DNA of 64,000 bases from contig NW_027590120.1 in assembly GCF_964213995.1 (NCBI RefSeq), forward strand, positions 310,001-374,000. Direction: 5' to 3'. The stretch is from Mustelus asterias. Lineage: Eukaryota. Made by a program: the position numbers and the translations under genes. The notes under the pieces were generated by a model, which was not told the DNA's origin, searched no databases, and was given only the letters and a program-made list of their open reading frames with translations. Positions 1-11,334 of the stretch are shown here, piece after piece. Every line of letters starts with the position of its first letter. The first letter of the stretch is position 1.

Positions 1-290
1 GGGTAAGGGGTAAACTATTTAGAACTGAAGTGAGGAGAAATGTCTTCATTCGGGGGGAGGTGAATGGGTGGAATTCCCTATCAGCGAATGTATTTGAGGT
101 CAAAACGTTGTCTGATTTCAAGATGAAATTAGATATAACTCTTGGCGCTAAAGGGAATCAAGGGATGTGGGAGGAAGGGGGTAACCAGGATATTGGATTT
201 GATGATCAGCTGTGATCAATATGAATGGCGGAGCAGGCTTGAAGGGCCGAATTGCCTACTCCTGCTTCTAGTTTCTATGTTTCTATGTAT
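1..290 (+). mobile_element. CR1-type LINE 3' end fragment
   Basis: ORF2 C-terminus-like translation (RRNVF..GEVNGWNSL..FKMKLD), 3' UTR 'gaatggcggagcagg..gaagggccgaa' and (tttctatg)n tail. Confidence 0.85.
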
Positions 291-416
291 CAATTAACAG
301 AGGGTAATTGAATTCCCCTCTATGTGTTTGAGTGGCTGACAGCCTCGTTGTGACTGCACCTTTCCGAGATTTTAGACAATCTCACCAGGCAGGAATCGCA
401 GTTTCAATCAGAAGAC

Positions 417-455
417 AGTTTTTGTACAGCGTAGGTACTGTTTTCTATTACTGTG
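417..455 (-). other. 23-RSS of V segment
   Basis: CACAGTA + 23 bp + ACAAAAACT. Confidence 0.9.
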
Positions 456-900
456 AGTCCCAGGGCGCAGTAATAAACGGCGGCGTTAGTCGGTTGCAGG
501 TCCATGATGGTTAATCTTGTGGTGGAGTCTGACAGCTGGAGGTCTGATGCAAAACGATTTCCTAACGCCGAGCCTTTCCATTCCACAACATCACAAGACC
601 ATCTCCACACAACAAACTGGGGCTCTTTCGTTGCTTGCTGCAAGTACCAATATACATAATACCTTTCTTCTGTAGTGCTATAGATACATTTTATAGTCAC
701 GGCTTCAGCTTCTTTCACGCTCACTGATGCGATGGACTGAGGAATTGAATCTCCATCACTCTGATTTGTAATGTGTTCAGGAACAAGACAAGATGGGCAT
801 TAACAAAAAAGTAAAACTTTAATTTGAACGGAACACTGTTGAAATCGTCCTCACCGTCAAAAATTATCCCAAACACAATCCAGACTCTGAATATCTGCAC
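456..900 (-). pseudogene. TCR alpha/delta V segment, open V exon but probably non-functional
   Basis: V domain C..WYLQ..YYCALG. Leader-like exon 855-900 (VQIFRVWIVFGIIFD, gtgag donor) starts with GTG. The expected phase-1 acceptor reads ttacAA instead of AG. Confidence 0.75.
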
Positions 901-2339
901 GGCCGCCGCCGAGCCCGATCCTCTCTCCCTTTACAATGTCAAACCCGGAGCAGTTTAAAAACCCACACAGGATTGATTTGGTCAAAATCTCTTCCTCCTG
1001 CAATCATTTGCCGGCAATGACGCAATCCACAAGATACCCGCCAGATATTTAAATCAGATTCAAATGCGGGTCCTGGGTGAGCTGATGTTCTTTCACAGAC
1101 AGGATTAAATATTTCCTCGTGGTCAGTCATTCAGTGAGTCCACTCAAACCAGTAAGTTAACTGTCTTTACTGAGGTCTGTGATTTATTTCCTGGGGCCAC
1201 TGATCTTATTCCACTGATGTGTGATTATATTTAGTGGAGCCACTGATAAAATATAATCACACATCAGAAATCGAATAAGATGATATTAGACTGCATTTTT
1301 GCCTCTCTGTCTTTGTCTAAGGCCCTGTCTCGCTCTCTCTTATTATCTCCCTATTTCTCCCTCTCCCACTTCTATATATTCTTCTTACTTTCTTATTTTC
1401 TATTTTTCTGATCCTAACTCTCAGAGAGTCTTTCTTTAACTCTCTGGCATCCCGCGCGCTACCTCTTTGTGTCTCACGGCCTTTTACTCCCTTTTTTCGC
1501 TGCCGTTCTATCTTCCTGTTTATTTTTCCTTGCCTTTCCCTCGCCCTATTTTGTCAGGAGCTCAATCATTCAGAATGTCTTTTCACATCGATTAACTCTA
1601 TTTTCGACTACATTCACACAGCAATAAACGGTCTCGGTCTGATTCTGCAGCTGCCAGAGGTGAAGGTTCAGATTTCACAAACTGAGCTTCCATCACTCGG
1701 CTGATATGGCATTCCAGTGATAGTTTCCGTAGTTAGTTTGTTAGTTTGTATCACTGCGAATGATCAGCGCACAATAATACACCCCAATGTCACTCAGCTG
1801 TATGTCTGTCAAGGTTAAACTGAAGAAACGATCCAATACTCAGAGCGTTGAAGAAAATCGGCCTCCCACACGCTCAACTTTCTCTGTTTCTCCCTCCGAA
1901 TTCCTTTTGATTAAAAATACCGGCTCTTCCCTCGGTTTTTGTCGGTACTAGAGCAGATCATAGCGGCGACTGGCTATGGAGAATGAATAGGGCAATGAAT
2001 AGGTTCTTGCTCCAAACATGATAGTGACGGTGCAGTTTGCTTAACAGTATCAGAATAACACAGTCCTTCAAATGGTAACCAGAAAATAAATACATGTTTA
2101 GATATGGGGAACCTCAGTCAAAATTCATTCATTCTCCTCGACATTGAATCATTGAATGTTACAAAAAATAACGAGAATATTCAGTACATATTGCCCGCAT
2201 TGACAGACGATGGAGTTACTATTTTATCCCGCAGTCTGTTCTTTCCGCATAGCGCTGAAAATCTATTGCCTTCAAATATTCATGCAATTTCTTAACAGTT
2301 GAGATAAAATTTACTTTAACTAACCTTTCAATCAGCATT

Positions 2340-2765
2340 TGGAAACAGAATCTTCTGCATAAACTCAGCCGGTCTGGCAGCATCTGTGAATGGTAGGCAT
2401 GATGTGGAGATGCCGGCATTGGACTGGGGTAAACGCAGTAAGACGTTTAACAACACCAGGTTAAAGTCCAACAGGTTTATTTGGTAGCAAAAGCCACACA
2501 AGCTTTCGGAGCCCCAAGCCCCTTCTTCAGATGAGTGGGAATTCTGTTCACAAACAGGGCATATAAAGACACAGACTCAATTTACATGAATAATGGTTGG
2601 AATGCGAATACCTACAGCTAATCAAGTCTTTAAGATACAAACAACGTGAGACTTCTTACAGCATCTGTGAAGACAGAAGCAGAGTTAACATCTGGAGTCC
2701 ATATGACTTTTGTTCAGATTCTGTAGAAGGATCATTTGGGCTCGAAACATTAACTCTCTTTCTCT
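2340..2765. mobile_element. Penelope-associated short repeats (nested)
   Basis: Motifs 'gatgtggagatgccggc..aacaccaggttaaagtccaac' and 'cagcatctgtg..gagtcc' recur many times in the window. Confidence 0.55.
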
Positions 2766-3529
2766 CGTGATTGACATACTTCAAGTGAAGCCTGTTTACC
2801 TGTGAAAAAACCTTTTGTTTTTGTATTTGCACATTATAAATAGAGGCACGAATTCTATATAGTTTTTAAAGTGCAATTTGAACCAACACCTTCAGCGTCT
2901 TCCATACATACATCCAATGTTCTTTCCCTCCAATTACCTAATTTTTCACTGCAGCAAACTATTGTAAATTTCACTCAATCAAAGTGAATGGTCATTCAAA
3001 ACTCGCATCCGTCCGTCCCTCCATTCATCCTACTGTCGGTCCGTTCATCCATCCATCCTCTATTATCCCCTTAAATGCCCCAATGTTCACTCCTTGTTTA
3101 CACATCCACCCCTCGTTCAATATTTATGTTACAAAACTTCGTTCTATTGCAAGCTAAAGGACTCATCGAGCTTCAGAACAAGAATCAAAAGGGGAACCCA
3201 TAAATTCTTTCACATTTTTGTTCCCTTAAAATTAAATTTCCCACAGACTTTGAAGGGTTCCGGAAGTCGAACTAGAATCCAACTGTTCGAATCCTCCTAA
3301 GTATCCCGCTGTTTCGCAGTTAATATCTCTATTGTGGGTTTGATCTCATTTGATCCTATCAGCCGCTGTTTGACTCCGGCGAATAAGGAGTGTAAACTGA
3401 GTCAGCTGCTCTGAATAACACAGGAAGTATAATTAGTAGGATGCGCCTCCAGTGAAGCTGTCCTTCTTACTAAGACTAAGGAGGTAGTTCTAAAGTTGCA
3501 CACTGAGATTCCAATTTACAGGGCGTTGC

Positions 3530-3930
3530 ATTCAGAACAAAGCAGACCCGTTTGATTGGTGCCGCTTTCACCAGCATTCACTCGCTCCACCAACAATGCA
3601 CAGTGGCAACCTTCTGTACCATATACACGATGAACTGCAGGAACTCACCAAGCCTCCTTAGGGGCTTCATTTCAGACACAAAACAGCTACAATTTAGAAG
3701 GCCATGCGAACACCACCACTATCCAGACTTAGAAATATCCTCCGTTCCTTTACTGTCCCTCGGTCTCGGTTAATATTCTGGAATTCCCTCCCGAATCGTG
3801 CGGAGGGTGTACTTACACCGCAGGGACTGCAACCGTTCAAGAACGCAGTTCACCAGCATCTTATCAAGGGCAATTAGAGATTGACCATGTCTGCTGCCAT
3901 CGCCAGCCAAGCCCACATCCCCTGAATTAA
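3530..3930 (+). mobile_element. LINE 3' fragment
   Basis: Homologous to 29660-30260 (..HSLHQQCTVATFCTIY..). Confidence 0.6.
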
Positions 3931-4216
3931 TAACAATAAATAATCTACTCGAGAGCAAGTAGAGCATGGCAGACACTGCTGTGGGTAGCGGGATGAGTCT
4001 CTGTGTTCTGGCTGCCGGGTAGTTTTGACTGAAAGTTCACAGCTGCATTCACCATTTAAATCCTTGAATTTAATTTGAAGGATGGGCGTGGCCTATCTTA
4101 CCAGTGTTCGGGTCTGACGTATTTCAATTCAGCTCTGAGGTCCAGTCTCCAAGAGCAGTCCAGCTCTGCAGTCTCAGCTCCCCGTCATATAAACCTCAGT
4201 TCCAGGCAGCAGAGCA

Positions 4217-4698
4217 ATGGGAATCCTCCTTGTTTTCACCGTGTGTGCCTATTTACCCCGTGAGTACCGATCAAACTAACTCACATTGTGTGGATTGAAC
4301 ATAAAGCTGCCCCAGTCCATTTCAATTACAAACACTGTCTGGGGTTTTAGCCCCGTTGTGCGATTCGGCTCTGATGGTCCATTAAACTCTCTGTGTTTAA
4401 TTTCCAGGATGTTTCAGTCAGTCAGTGACTCAAAGCCCGGCAGCGGTGACCAGGAAGGAGTGTCAGTCTCTCACCATCACCTGTGTTTTCAATGGTGTTT
4501 ACGATTTAGAAAATGGCCATTTCTTCAGACAAACCCAGACTGGGACAGAGCGGGAGCGGATCTCCAGCGGAGGGAGGTTTGTTGTGTCGGTGAATGAAGC
4601 AGAAAAGACATTTTCGCTGGAAATTCGGGACATGAGAATTGAAGACACCGCCACCTATTACTGTAAAGCTCAGCATTGGTACTACACACATGGGACAC
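4217..4698 (+). CDS. NAR-TCR (IgNAR-like) V segment, intact; leader exon 4217-4259, V exon 4408-4698
   Basis: Leader MGILLVFTVCAYLP with gtgagt donor and in-frame tttccag acceptor. V is QSVTQSPAAVTRKECQSLTITC..RERISSGGRFVVSVNEAEKTFSLEIRDMRIEDTATYYCKA. The short FR2/CDR2 is typical of VNAR, and there is an extra FR1 Cys. TATA-like catataaa at ~4187. Confidence 0.88.
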
Positions 4699-4726
4699 CA
4701 CAGTGGAAGAGAGGAGAACAAATACT
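4699..4726 (+). other. 12-RSS of NAR-TCR V
   Basis: CACAGTG + 12 bp (gaagagaggaga) + ACAAATACT. Confidence 0.88.
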
Positions 4727-5057
4727 TAAGTATTTCTGAACAAGCGAAGCAATAATTTCCAGGACACGGACCATAGCTTGTCGGGTTGTTGTTATTATCG
4801 TTGCAACATGGTTTCATTTCGTTGTAATTTCCTCCTTTCAGTTATCTTTCTTTAACTTTTTTATTCCATTTCTACGAAGCGTCCATCTCCGCTCCGTTCC
4901 TGGGCCATTTTGCCAAGAGTTCAGAGTGTCCCAAGGAACAGTTTATTCCAATGGGAATTATAAAACTATCATTCTTCATTATTGACCTATAACCCCTGAA
5001 TAATTGATAAACGCTGACTATTCGGTAATTTTTTCCCCATCAGTTTGAGGTGTCAGT

Positions 5058-5149
5058 CATTCTTGTGCTGGGCTGACTGAGAGCGCTGACACTGTGGGGA
5101 GAGTGGAGATTTACAGACGGGTCTGGGACGGTGGTGACTGTCTCAGCTG
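5058..5149 (+). CDS. NAR-TCR J segment (coding 5097-5149) with 5' 23-RSS (5058-5096)
   Basis: cattcttgt + 23 bp + cactgtg, then GEWRFTDGSGTVVTVSA and a phase-1 gtaagt donor. Confidence 0.88.
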
Positions 5150-6639
5150 GTAAGTGACTCCAAATCCCCCCGTATTGCAGAATGTCCTGGTTCGTTTTCG
5201 CCGTCAGTTCATTCTTGTCGTCTGCCTCTCTTCAATCCTCTGTGACTACAATAGCAGCGTGGGGGAAGGGGGTTTCTGTGGAAGATTTTCAATTGCAGTT
5301 TTAGATTTGGGAGCAGAATAGGAAACTGGAGTCGGGTCCACATTTTGAAGCTATGACTTCTGTCCTCGTGTCAACTTTGCTTCTCTCTGTGGCTCTTACG
5401 GAGGGTCATCCAGACTGGAAACGTTGACTCTATTCTGTCTCCACAGATGCTGTCAGACCTGTTGAGGTTTGCCAACATTTTTCAGGTTTTGGTGTTGATA
5501 TAAATCTTTAGCATTAATTGATAGATTCATTAATGTACGTGTGGAGAAAATGATTCAGATTAAAGAAACATTTAATATGATGCCAGTGAGATAAAAGAAA
5601 AAGAAATTAGGAGGAATGTGGAGCGAGCTGCCACATGGGGTGGTTGCAGTAAATGGCGTAAGGAATTTTTCAGACGGCGTGAAAGATCGAGGAGGGAGAA
5701 GGACACAGTGCTCAGTGTACAAAGGTTTCGTTAGGGATCGAGTGTGAGAGGGGAGTAGTGCGCAGTGCAAGGACAAGCGTACTGTGAGCCGACTGGCCTA
5801 CTTCTGTTCTGTGGAATCTATATAATATAAAATACAGAGAGGATTCTGCCCAGAAAGCATGGGGAACAATCAACCAATGGATGGAAGGAATTGAAAATCT
5901 CAGGCACCTTGAAAAGGCAATTTTCACAGTGAGTAACAGTGAGCAAGTCGATCGGGGAAACTGAGCATGCTGATCTCAACTGACATTGGAGAGTGTCTGG
6001 GACAGGTTCTCATGGTGGCAAGAAATCGCAAGCAGTACAAAGAGAACAACTCAGATTTATAAATCCACTGGTATTAACTGTAAATCATTCTAATATATAA
6101 TATAAATTGTAGAATTGATGGACGAAACTGTGCAAAGAGTTGGACTGTAGTCAAAGGTTGATCTTTGACACAGATATGCAATGTCAGTTTCGCTTAATCA
6201 GTTTCGCTGGGCGAGGATGACCGTCTTTGCCTGAATCTTGATGCGACCCAGCATATAAAACGGCAGGGTTACTCTCAGTCAATCAACTCTGGACAGCAAT
6301 TGTTATAGTGAGAAGAGTGAACTTTCATATAATTTCCTCAGGTTTGTAAATCGCCAATATACACAGAAGCAGACACTAAATATAAAATATAAAATCAGAA
6401 ACCAGAGAAGGACATCACTCTGACCAAGTGGCCATTCTTTGCAGGTGCTACTGAACGTTTCCTATTTTACCTTCCTGCTCTTCAAACCCCCGGAATTCTA
6501 ATCTGATTCTGTATATTTCTTCCATTTACCGTTCGAAAATGAGTGTTGAATTTGTTTCCAACACACATCTCCAAATAATCCAGATGAGCAAAATTCGCTG
6601 TGTACAAAAAAAATCATCTAAGTATCTGCCCCTCGGCTC

Positions 6640-7040
6640 TTTTGCCATTTTTTTTCAATTCATCCTCTGGATGTGGGTGTCCCTAATTGCCTTTGAACAG
6701 GATGGCTTGCGAAGCCCATTTTAGAGGGCATTTAAGAGTCAACCGCATTTTTGTGTATCAGGAGCCACATGTAGGCCAGACCAGATAAGGATGGCAGATT
6801 TTCTTCCCTCAAGAACATTCGTCAAACACATGTGGTTTTAACGGCAATCGACAATGTTTTCATAGTCATCTTTGAATTAACATGCTTGTTTTATTGAAAT
6901 CAATTCAATATTGAATTGAAATTCAAATTTCACCATCTTCCGTGGTACCATTCGTACCCGTGTCCCCACCGTATTACTTGGATTACTAAATCTCTGGATT
7001 AAGCAATCCAGTCATAATACCACTTTGCCACCGTCTCCCT
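6640..7040 (-). mobile_element. SacSINE1/DeuSINE-like SINE
   Basis: 'catgtaggccagaccag..gatggcagatttt..ccct' core shared with 10910-11250, 51025-51410 and 63780-64000. Confidence 0.6.
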
Positions 7041-7192
7041 AATTAATTATAGTGAATAAATGTCGCACACCCTTTAATGAAACAATTACGGGAAAATGGC
7101 GAGCTATTGACGCGATTATATTTCCCTGGGCAAACTAACATGCAACGCAAGTAATGGAATCATAGAAATGCATTATTTTATAGGTTCTGCAG

Positions 7193-7498
7193 AATCCAGT
7201 TCATCTGTGTCACAGAATTCGTCTCTCCAAACCTGTGCTGCTGACGACACCATTACTTTAAACTGTGAATATCCAGGATTTTGTCAACACACACTCTACT
7301 GGTACCGTCACTCTCCAGGACAGACCCCAAAATACCTGCTTAAGAGACACACATCAGGCGAGGCGATCAAAGAAAACGCTGCCGGGCAGAGAATTTCTGC
7401 GTCTGTCGACCCTGTCGAAAAAATCAGCTGGTTAAAGATCTCCAAGGTGCAACTGAGCGACTCCGCTGTGTATTACTGTGCACTGAGTGGGCGCACAG
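7193..7498 (+). CDS. NAR-TCR supporting TCR Vdelta segment (leaderless), intact
   Basis: Open V exon ..TLNCEYPGFCQHTLYWYRH..LSDSAVYYCALSGRT with an extra Cys in CDR1. No leader exon found. Acceptors at 7183 and 7192 are both in phase with the NAR J donor. Confidence 0.87.
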
Positions 7499-7795
7499 CA
7501 CAGTGATGCAGAACAGGGAGAGAGCCGTACAGAAACTTGAACATGGTGAGGATTACAGACAAAGTGATACAGAACACGGAGAGAGCTGTACAAATACCTG
7601 GACCTGGTGAGGATTACAGGCACAGTGATACAGAATACGGAGAGAGCTGTACAGAAACCTGAACATGGTGAGGATTTCAGACAGAGTGATACAGAACACG
7701 GAGAGAGATGTGCAATAACTTGTACATGGTGTGGATTACAGACACAGTGATGCAGAAGACGGGGAGAGTTATACAGAAGCCTGAACATGGTGAGA
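7499..7795 (+). repeat. Tandem array of five 23-RSS units, 61-bp period
   Basis: Heptamers at 7499 CACAGTG, 7560 CAAAGTG, 7621 CACAGTG, 7682 CAGAGTG, 7743 CACAGTG. Each has 23 bp + nonamer (ACAGAAACT, ACAAATACC, ACAGAAACC, GCAATAACT, ACAGAAGCC). Confidence 0.92.
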
Positions 7796-7813
7796 TCACA
7801 AGAATCTGAAATG

Positions 7814-8043
7814 CATGTTCAGGTTTTTGTACAGCTCTCTCCGTGTTCTGTATCAGTATGTCTGTAATCCTCACCATGTCCAATTTATTGCACAGCTCTC
7901 TCCGTGTTCTGTGTCACTGTGTCTGTAATCCTCACCATGTCCAGGTTTTTGTACAACTCTCTCCGTGTTCTGTATCACTGTGTCTGTAATCCTCACCACG
8001 TTCAGGTTTTTGTACAGCTCTCTCCGTGTTCTGTGCGACTGTG
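7814..8043 (-). repeat. Tandem array of four 23-RSS units, 61-bp period, inverted relative to the first array
   Basis: RSSs at 8005-8043 (CACAGTC/ACAAAAACC), 7944-7982 (perfect CACAGTG/ACAAAAACC), 7883-7921 (CACAGTG/GCAATAAAT), 7822-7860 (CATACTG/ACAAAAACC). Confidence 0.92.
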
Positions 8044-8348
8044 CTGTGCGCCAACTCAGTTCACAGTAATAAACAGCGGAGTCGCTCAGTTAAAGTTTGG
8101 AGATCTTTAACCGGCTGATTTTGACGGAAGAATCGATAGAAGCAGAAATCCTCCCCCCGACCCTGTTTGATTTATTCTCCTGTCCAGAAATGTGTGTCTG
8201 AAGCAGGTATTTCTGAGCCTGTCCTGGGGTCTGAGGGTACCAGTGTACTGTGTACTGACAGAGACCTGAATATTCGCAGCTTCAAATAACCGGTCACCGG
8301 CAGCAGAGGTTTGTAGAAGGGAACTTGGTGACACAGCTGAGCTGGAAT
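8044..8348 (-). pseudogene. Supporting TCR Vdelta pseudogene
   Basis: Paralog of 7193-7498 (CEYSGLCQYTVHWY..AVYYCELSWRT) with an FR1 frameshift and an in-frame TAA (ISKL*LSDS). Confidence 0.85.
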
Positions 8349-8456
8349 CTGCAGTGTAGAAATAAAATGAATTGTTTGTTTAGCCACTGTTTACTCGGGA
8401 AAACTTGTCAATCGGATGAATACCTGTCTGTTGCGGCAATTTGTTTAATTTAATTA

Positions 8457-8790
8457 GGGGGCGGCACGGTGGCAGAGTGGTTGCCAATGCTGCCTCACAG
8501 CGGCAGGGACCCAGGTTCAATTCCGGCCTCGGGCCATTGTCTGTGTGGAGTTTGCACATTCTCCCCGTGTCTGTTTGGGTTTCCTCCGGGTGCTCCGATT
8601 TCATCCCACAGTCCAAAGATGTGCAGATTACGTTGATTGGCCAAGGTAAATTGACCCGACTGTCCGAGGGAGATTAGAAGGATAAATATGTGGGGTTATG
8701 GGAATATTGCCTGGGACTGGGTGGGATGTGGTCGGTACAGACTTGACGGGCCAAATGGCCTCCTTCTGTCCTGTAAGGATTCTATGAATG
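8457..8790 (+). mobile_element. HE1/V-SINE family tRNA-derived SINE
   Basis: tRNA-like head gggcggcacggtggc, V-domain 'ctgtgtggagtttgcacattctccccgtg..cccacagtccaaagatgtgc', and tail 'gattctatg'. Confidence 0.85.
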
Positions 8791-10909
8791 TGTTTCAAAA
8801 TGCATTGATTATTGGAAATAAACAAGCGTGGCAGATCTTTAGATCTTTTTTTCACAGAGAATTGCAGTCACCTGAAGTGCACTGCGGAAGGGGTGGTTCT
8901 GGAAGCAGATTGAACATTAACTTGAGGGGCAATTGAGGGGCAAAGACTTCTGGGACAGGACAAGATTCCAGTGGGGACAAAAAGAAGAACGAATGGATAT
9001 ATTGGCAGCACCTTCAAATTACTGTCATTATTGACAGAATTGTGTTTTTTTTGCAGAGTATGATTTTATTTTTATTAAATATCTGCTAATAAATATGTTG
9101 GTGAAATGCGAACCAGAAAACTAAATCGTAAAGTTCACTCTTCCCTTCAATGAATCAATTGCTGTCTAGATTTGATTGTCCGAAGGAAAATCAGCAGTCT
9201 TATATTTCTATACATACCAAGGTTCAGCACAGAACAGAGATTTTCGTCCACATCTATTAATCAGAAATGACAATGTAAATCTGTGGGTCAAAGATCGACT
9301 TTTGGCCGCATTTCAACATTACAAGGTAAATCCAGTCTGCCGTTGGGCTATTTGTCTCTTTCCGTCCATCAATTCTACCGTTTTACTTCTATTAGAAATA
9401 TTTGCAAGTTGATTTCATTTTATTTCTACATCTGAGTTGTTTTCTGTCTGTTCATGGCGGTTTCTAACCGTCATGAAAACTTGCCCTAATTTCTCTCAGT
9501 TATCGGTTGGTTCAGTCTGTTCAGTTTCCGCAGTGGTTTTACTGTTACTCACTGGGAACTGCCTTTAGGGTATGTGATAATTTCAATCCCTTTAGTCCAT
9601 TGGCTGATTGTTCCCTGTCTTTTCCGAACAGATAGTCTCTGAGTTTTATATTCTACACTTTCCACTGAACACGAATAGGCCACTTGGTCCAGATGATCGA
9701 AGCTTGTTCTCCTCTCATCCTGAGCTGTGTGTCTATTTATTCCTCTCTCCCGCCCATGTTTTTCATGCTGTGCCATAAATTCATCACGCCGTTTCTCCAA
9801 AGAGCGAGCTTCACATGCTGACGTGTCTCCGTGTAAATATACCCGAATGTTCCTATCTCATCTGATAGTCATTTCATATTTCATATATAAATGTCTACTT
9901 CTTCTGGGGAACCTGATTCGAATCCTGTCTCGGCAGTTGGTGGAATGTGACTTCAATTTTAAAAACATCTGAAGTTAAGTATCTGCTGCTGACCGTGAAA
10001 CCATTTCCGATGTTTAGAAAAAGCCACAGAAATGTGATTGACTCTCAACTGCCCTTAAATATGGCCCAGCCAGCCATTGATTTGAAGGGCGACCAGGAAT
10101 GCACAATAAATGCTGGCCAACCAGCGACGACATGTCACACGAATTAAGTAAAGAAGAAAAAAGAACAACTCTCCCAGCGAAGGAACAGTTTCTACACATG
10201 GAGCTCCTTAAAACTACAATATAATGTTCAGTGTTTCTGTGCTGCTTTTTCATGTCTTCCCGGCCTTCGAAAGACAAATGGCAAAGCTTTTCCAAACTTT
10301 CGATATCCATACACGTTATTGATTATTTATTTTCTCAGAGGTGTAAGAAATTCATGCGGATAATAACTAAGCCACCTTGGGGTCTCGCAGTACAATTCAG
10401 AAATGTTTAGATCTGATCATCCATGGAACGGTTCAGCACCCTCAGCCTCGACACAACCCAATCCTTGAGGGATTCATTATGCTTCAATGAGCACAATCCC
10501 ATGTTTTTGAAATCGACAAAAAACATAAAGCAAACGGATTTGTCCACCATTAGCGGTCAATATGTGGAGGAGAATGCAATTCAAAGTTTTCGGAGTTCTG
10601 CCAAAATGATTGTTTATAGGAAGGAAATAAAAATCAGTTCGGATATAATTATTGTTAGTCACTGATTGCACATGAAATGTCACCTACACCTATAAAATAA
10701 GCTCTCGAAGCTATTTGTGTCATGTTCCCGTTTTCCTGCCGCTGCAGGTATTGGACCTGCCGCTTCAATTTTGGGTTACCTCTCCCGGTACCTCGTTGAC
10801 ATTTCCTGGCCTCTGTTAGACCATTTCCTGGAGCAGAGAGAAATCCTGTGCTCGTTGGCTCCGCTCTCTCCCAGCGGAGAGCAGGGAGCAGGGTTCGGAG
10901 CGTCCATAA

Positions 10910-11250
10910 TGTATTTTTATTCACTGATGTGACATGGGCGTCGTCGCTGGCTTGCTGCCCATCCCCAGGTACCCTGAGGCAGTTGTGAGTCAACCACATT
11001 GCTGTGGCTCTGCTGTCACATGTAGGCCAGACCAGGCAAGGACAGCAGGTTCCCTTCCCTGAAGGGCATTAGTGAATCAGATGGGTTTTTCTGACAATCG
11101 ACAATGGCTTCATGGTCATCAGTAGATTCTTAATTCCAGATATGATTATTGAATTGAAATTCCACCATCTGCGCTGGCGAGACTCCCAGAACTTTAGTTG
11201 TGTTTTTGAATTAATAGCCCAGCGATAATTCCACTTGGCCATCACCTCCC
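10910..11250 (-). mobile_element. SacSINE1/DeuSINE-like SINE
   Basis: Same core as 6640-7040. Confidence 0.6.
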
Positions 11251-11334
11251 CGAATGTACACTCACTGAAACCAGTTAGGAGAGTGAGAGTGCGGGATGTT
11301 GTGAGGATTACCCGATGCCTTTCTTAAACCATGA

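Noticed and set aside
7168-7192. ATG at 7168 as the start or leader of the supporting V
   Set aside because: MHYFIG is not a signal peptide, lies in the acceptor tract and is absent in the paralog.
7538-7742. 22-bp linkers between tandem RSSs as D segments
   Set aside because: A D needs an oppositely oriented 5' RSS; all RSSs within an array face the same way.
7432-8110. ORFs 7432-7788, 7677-7883 and 7904-8110
   Set aside because: Translations of the RSS repeat arrays.
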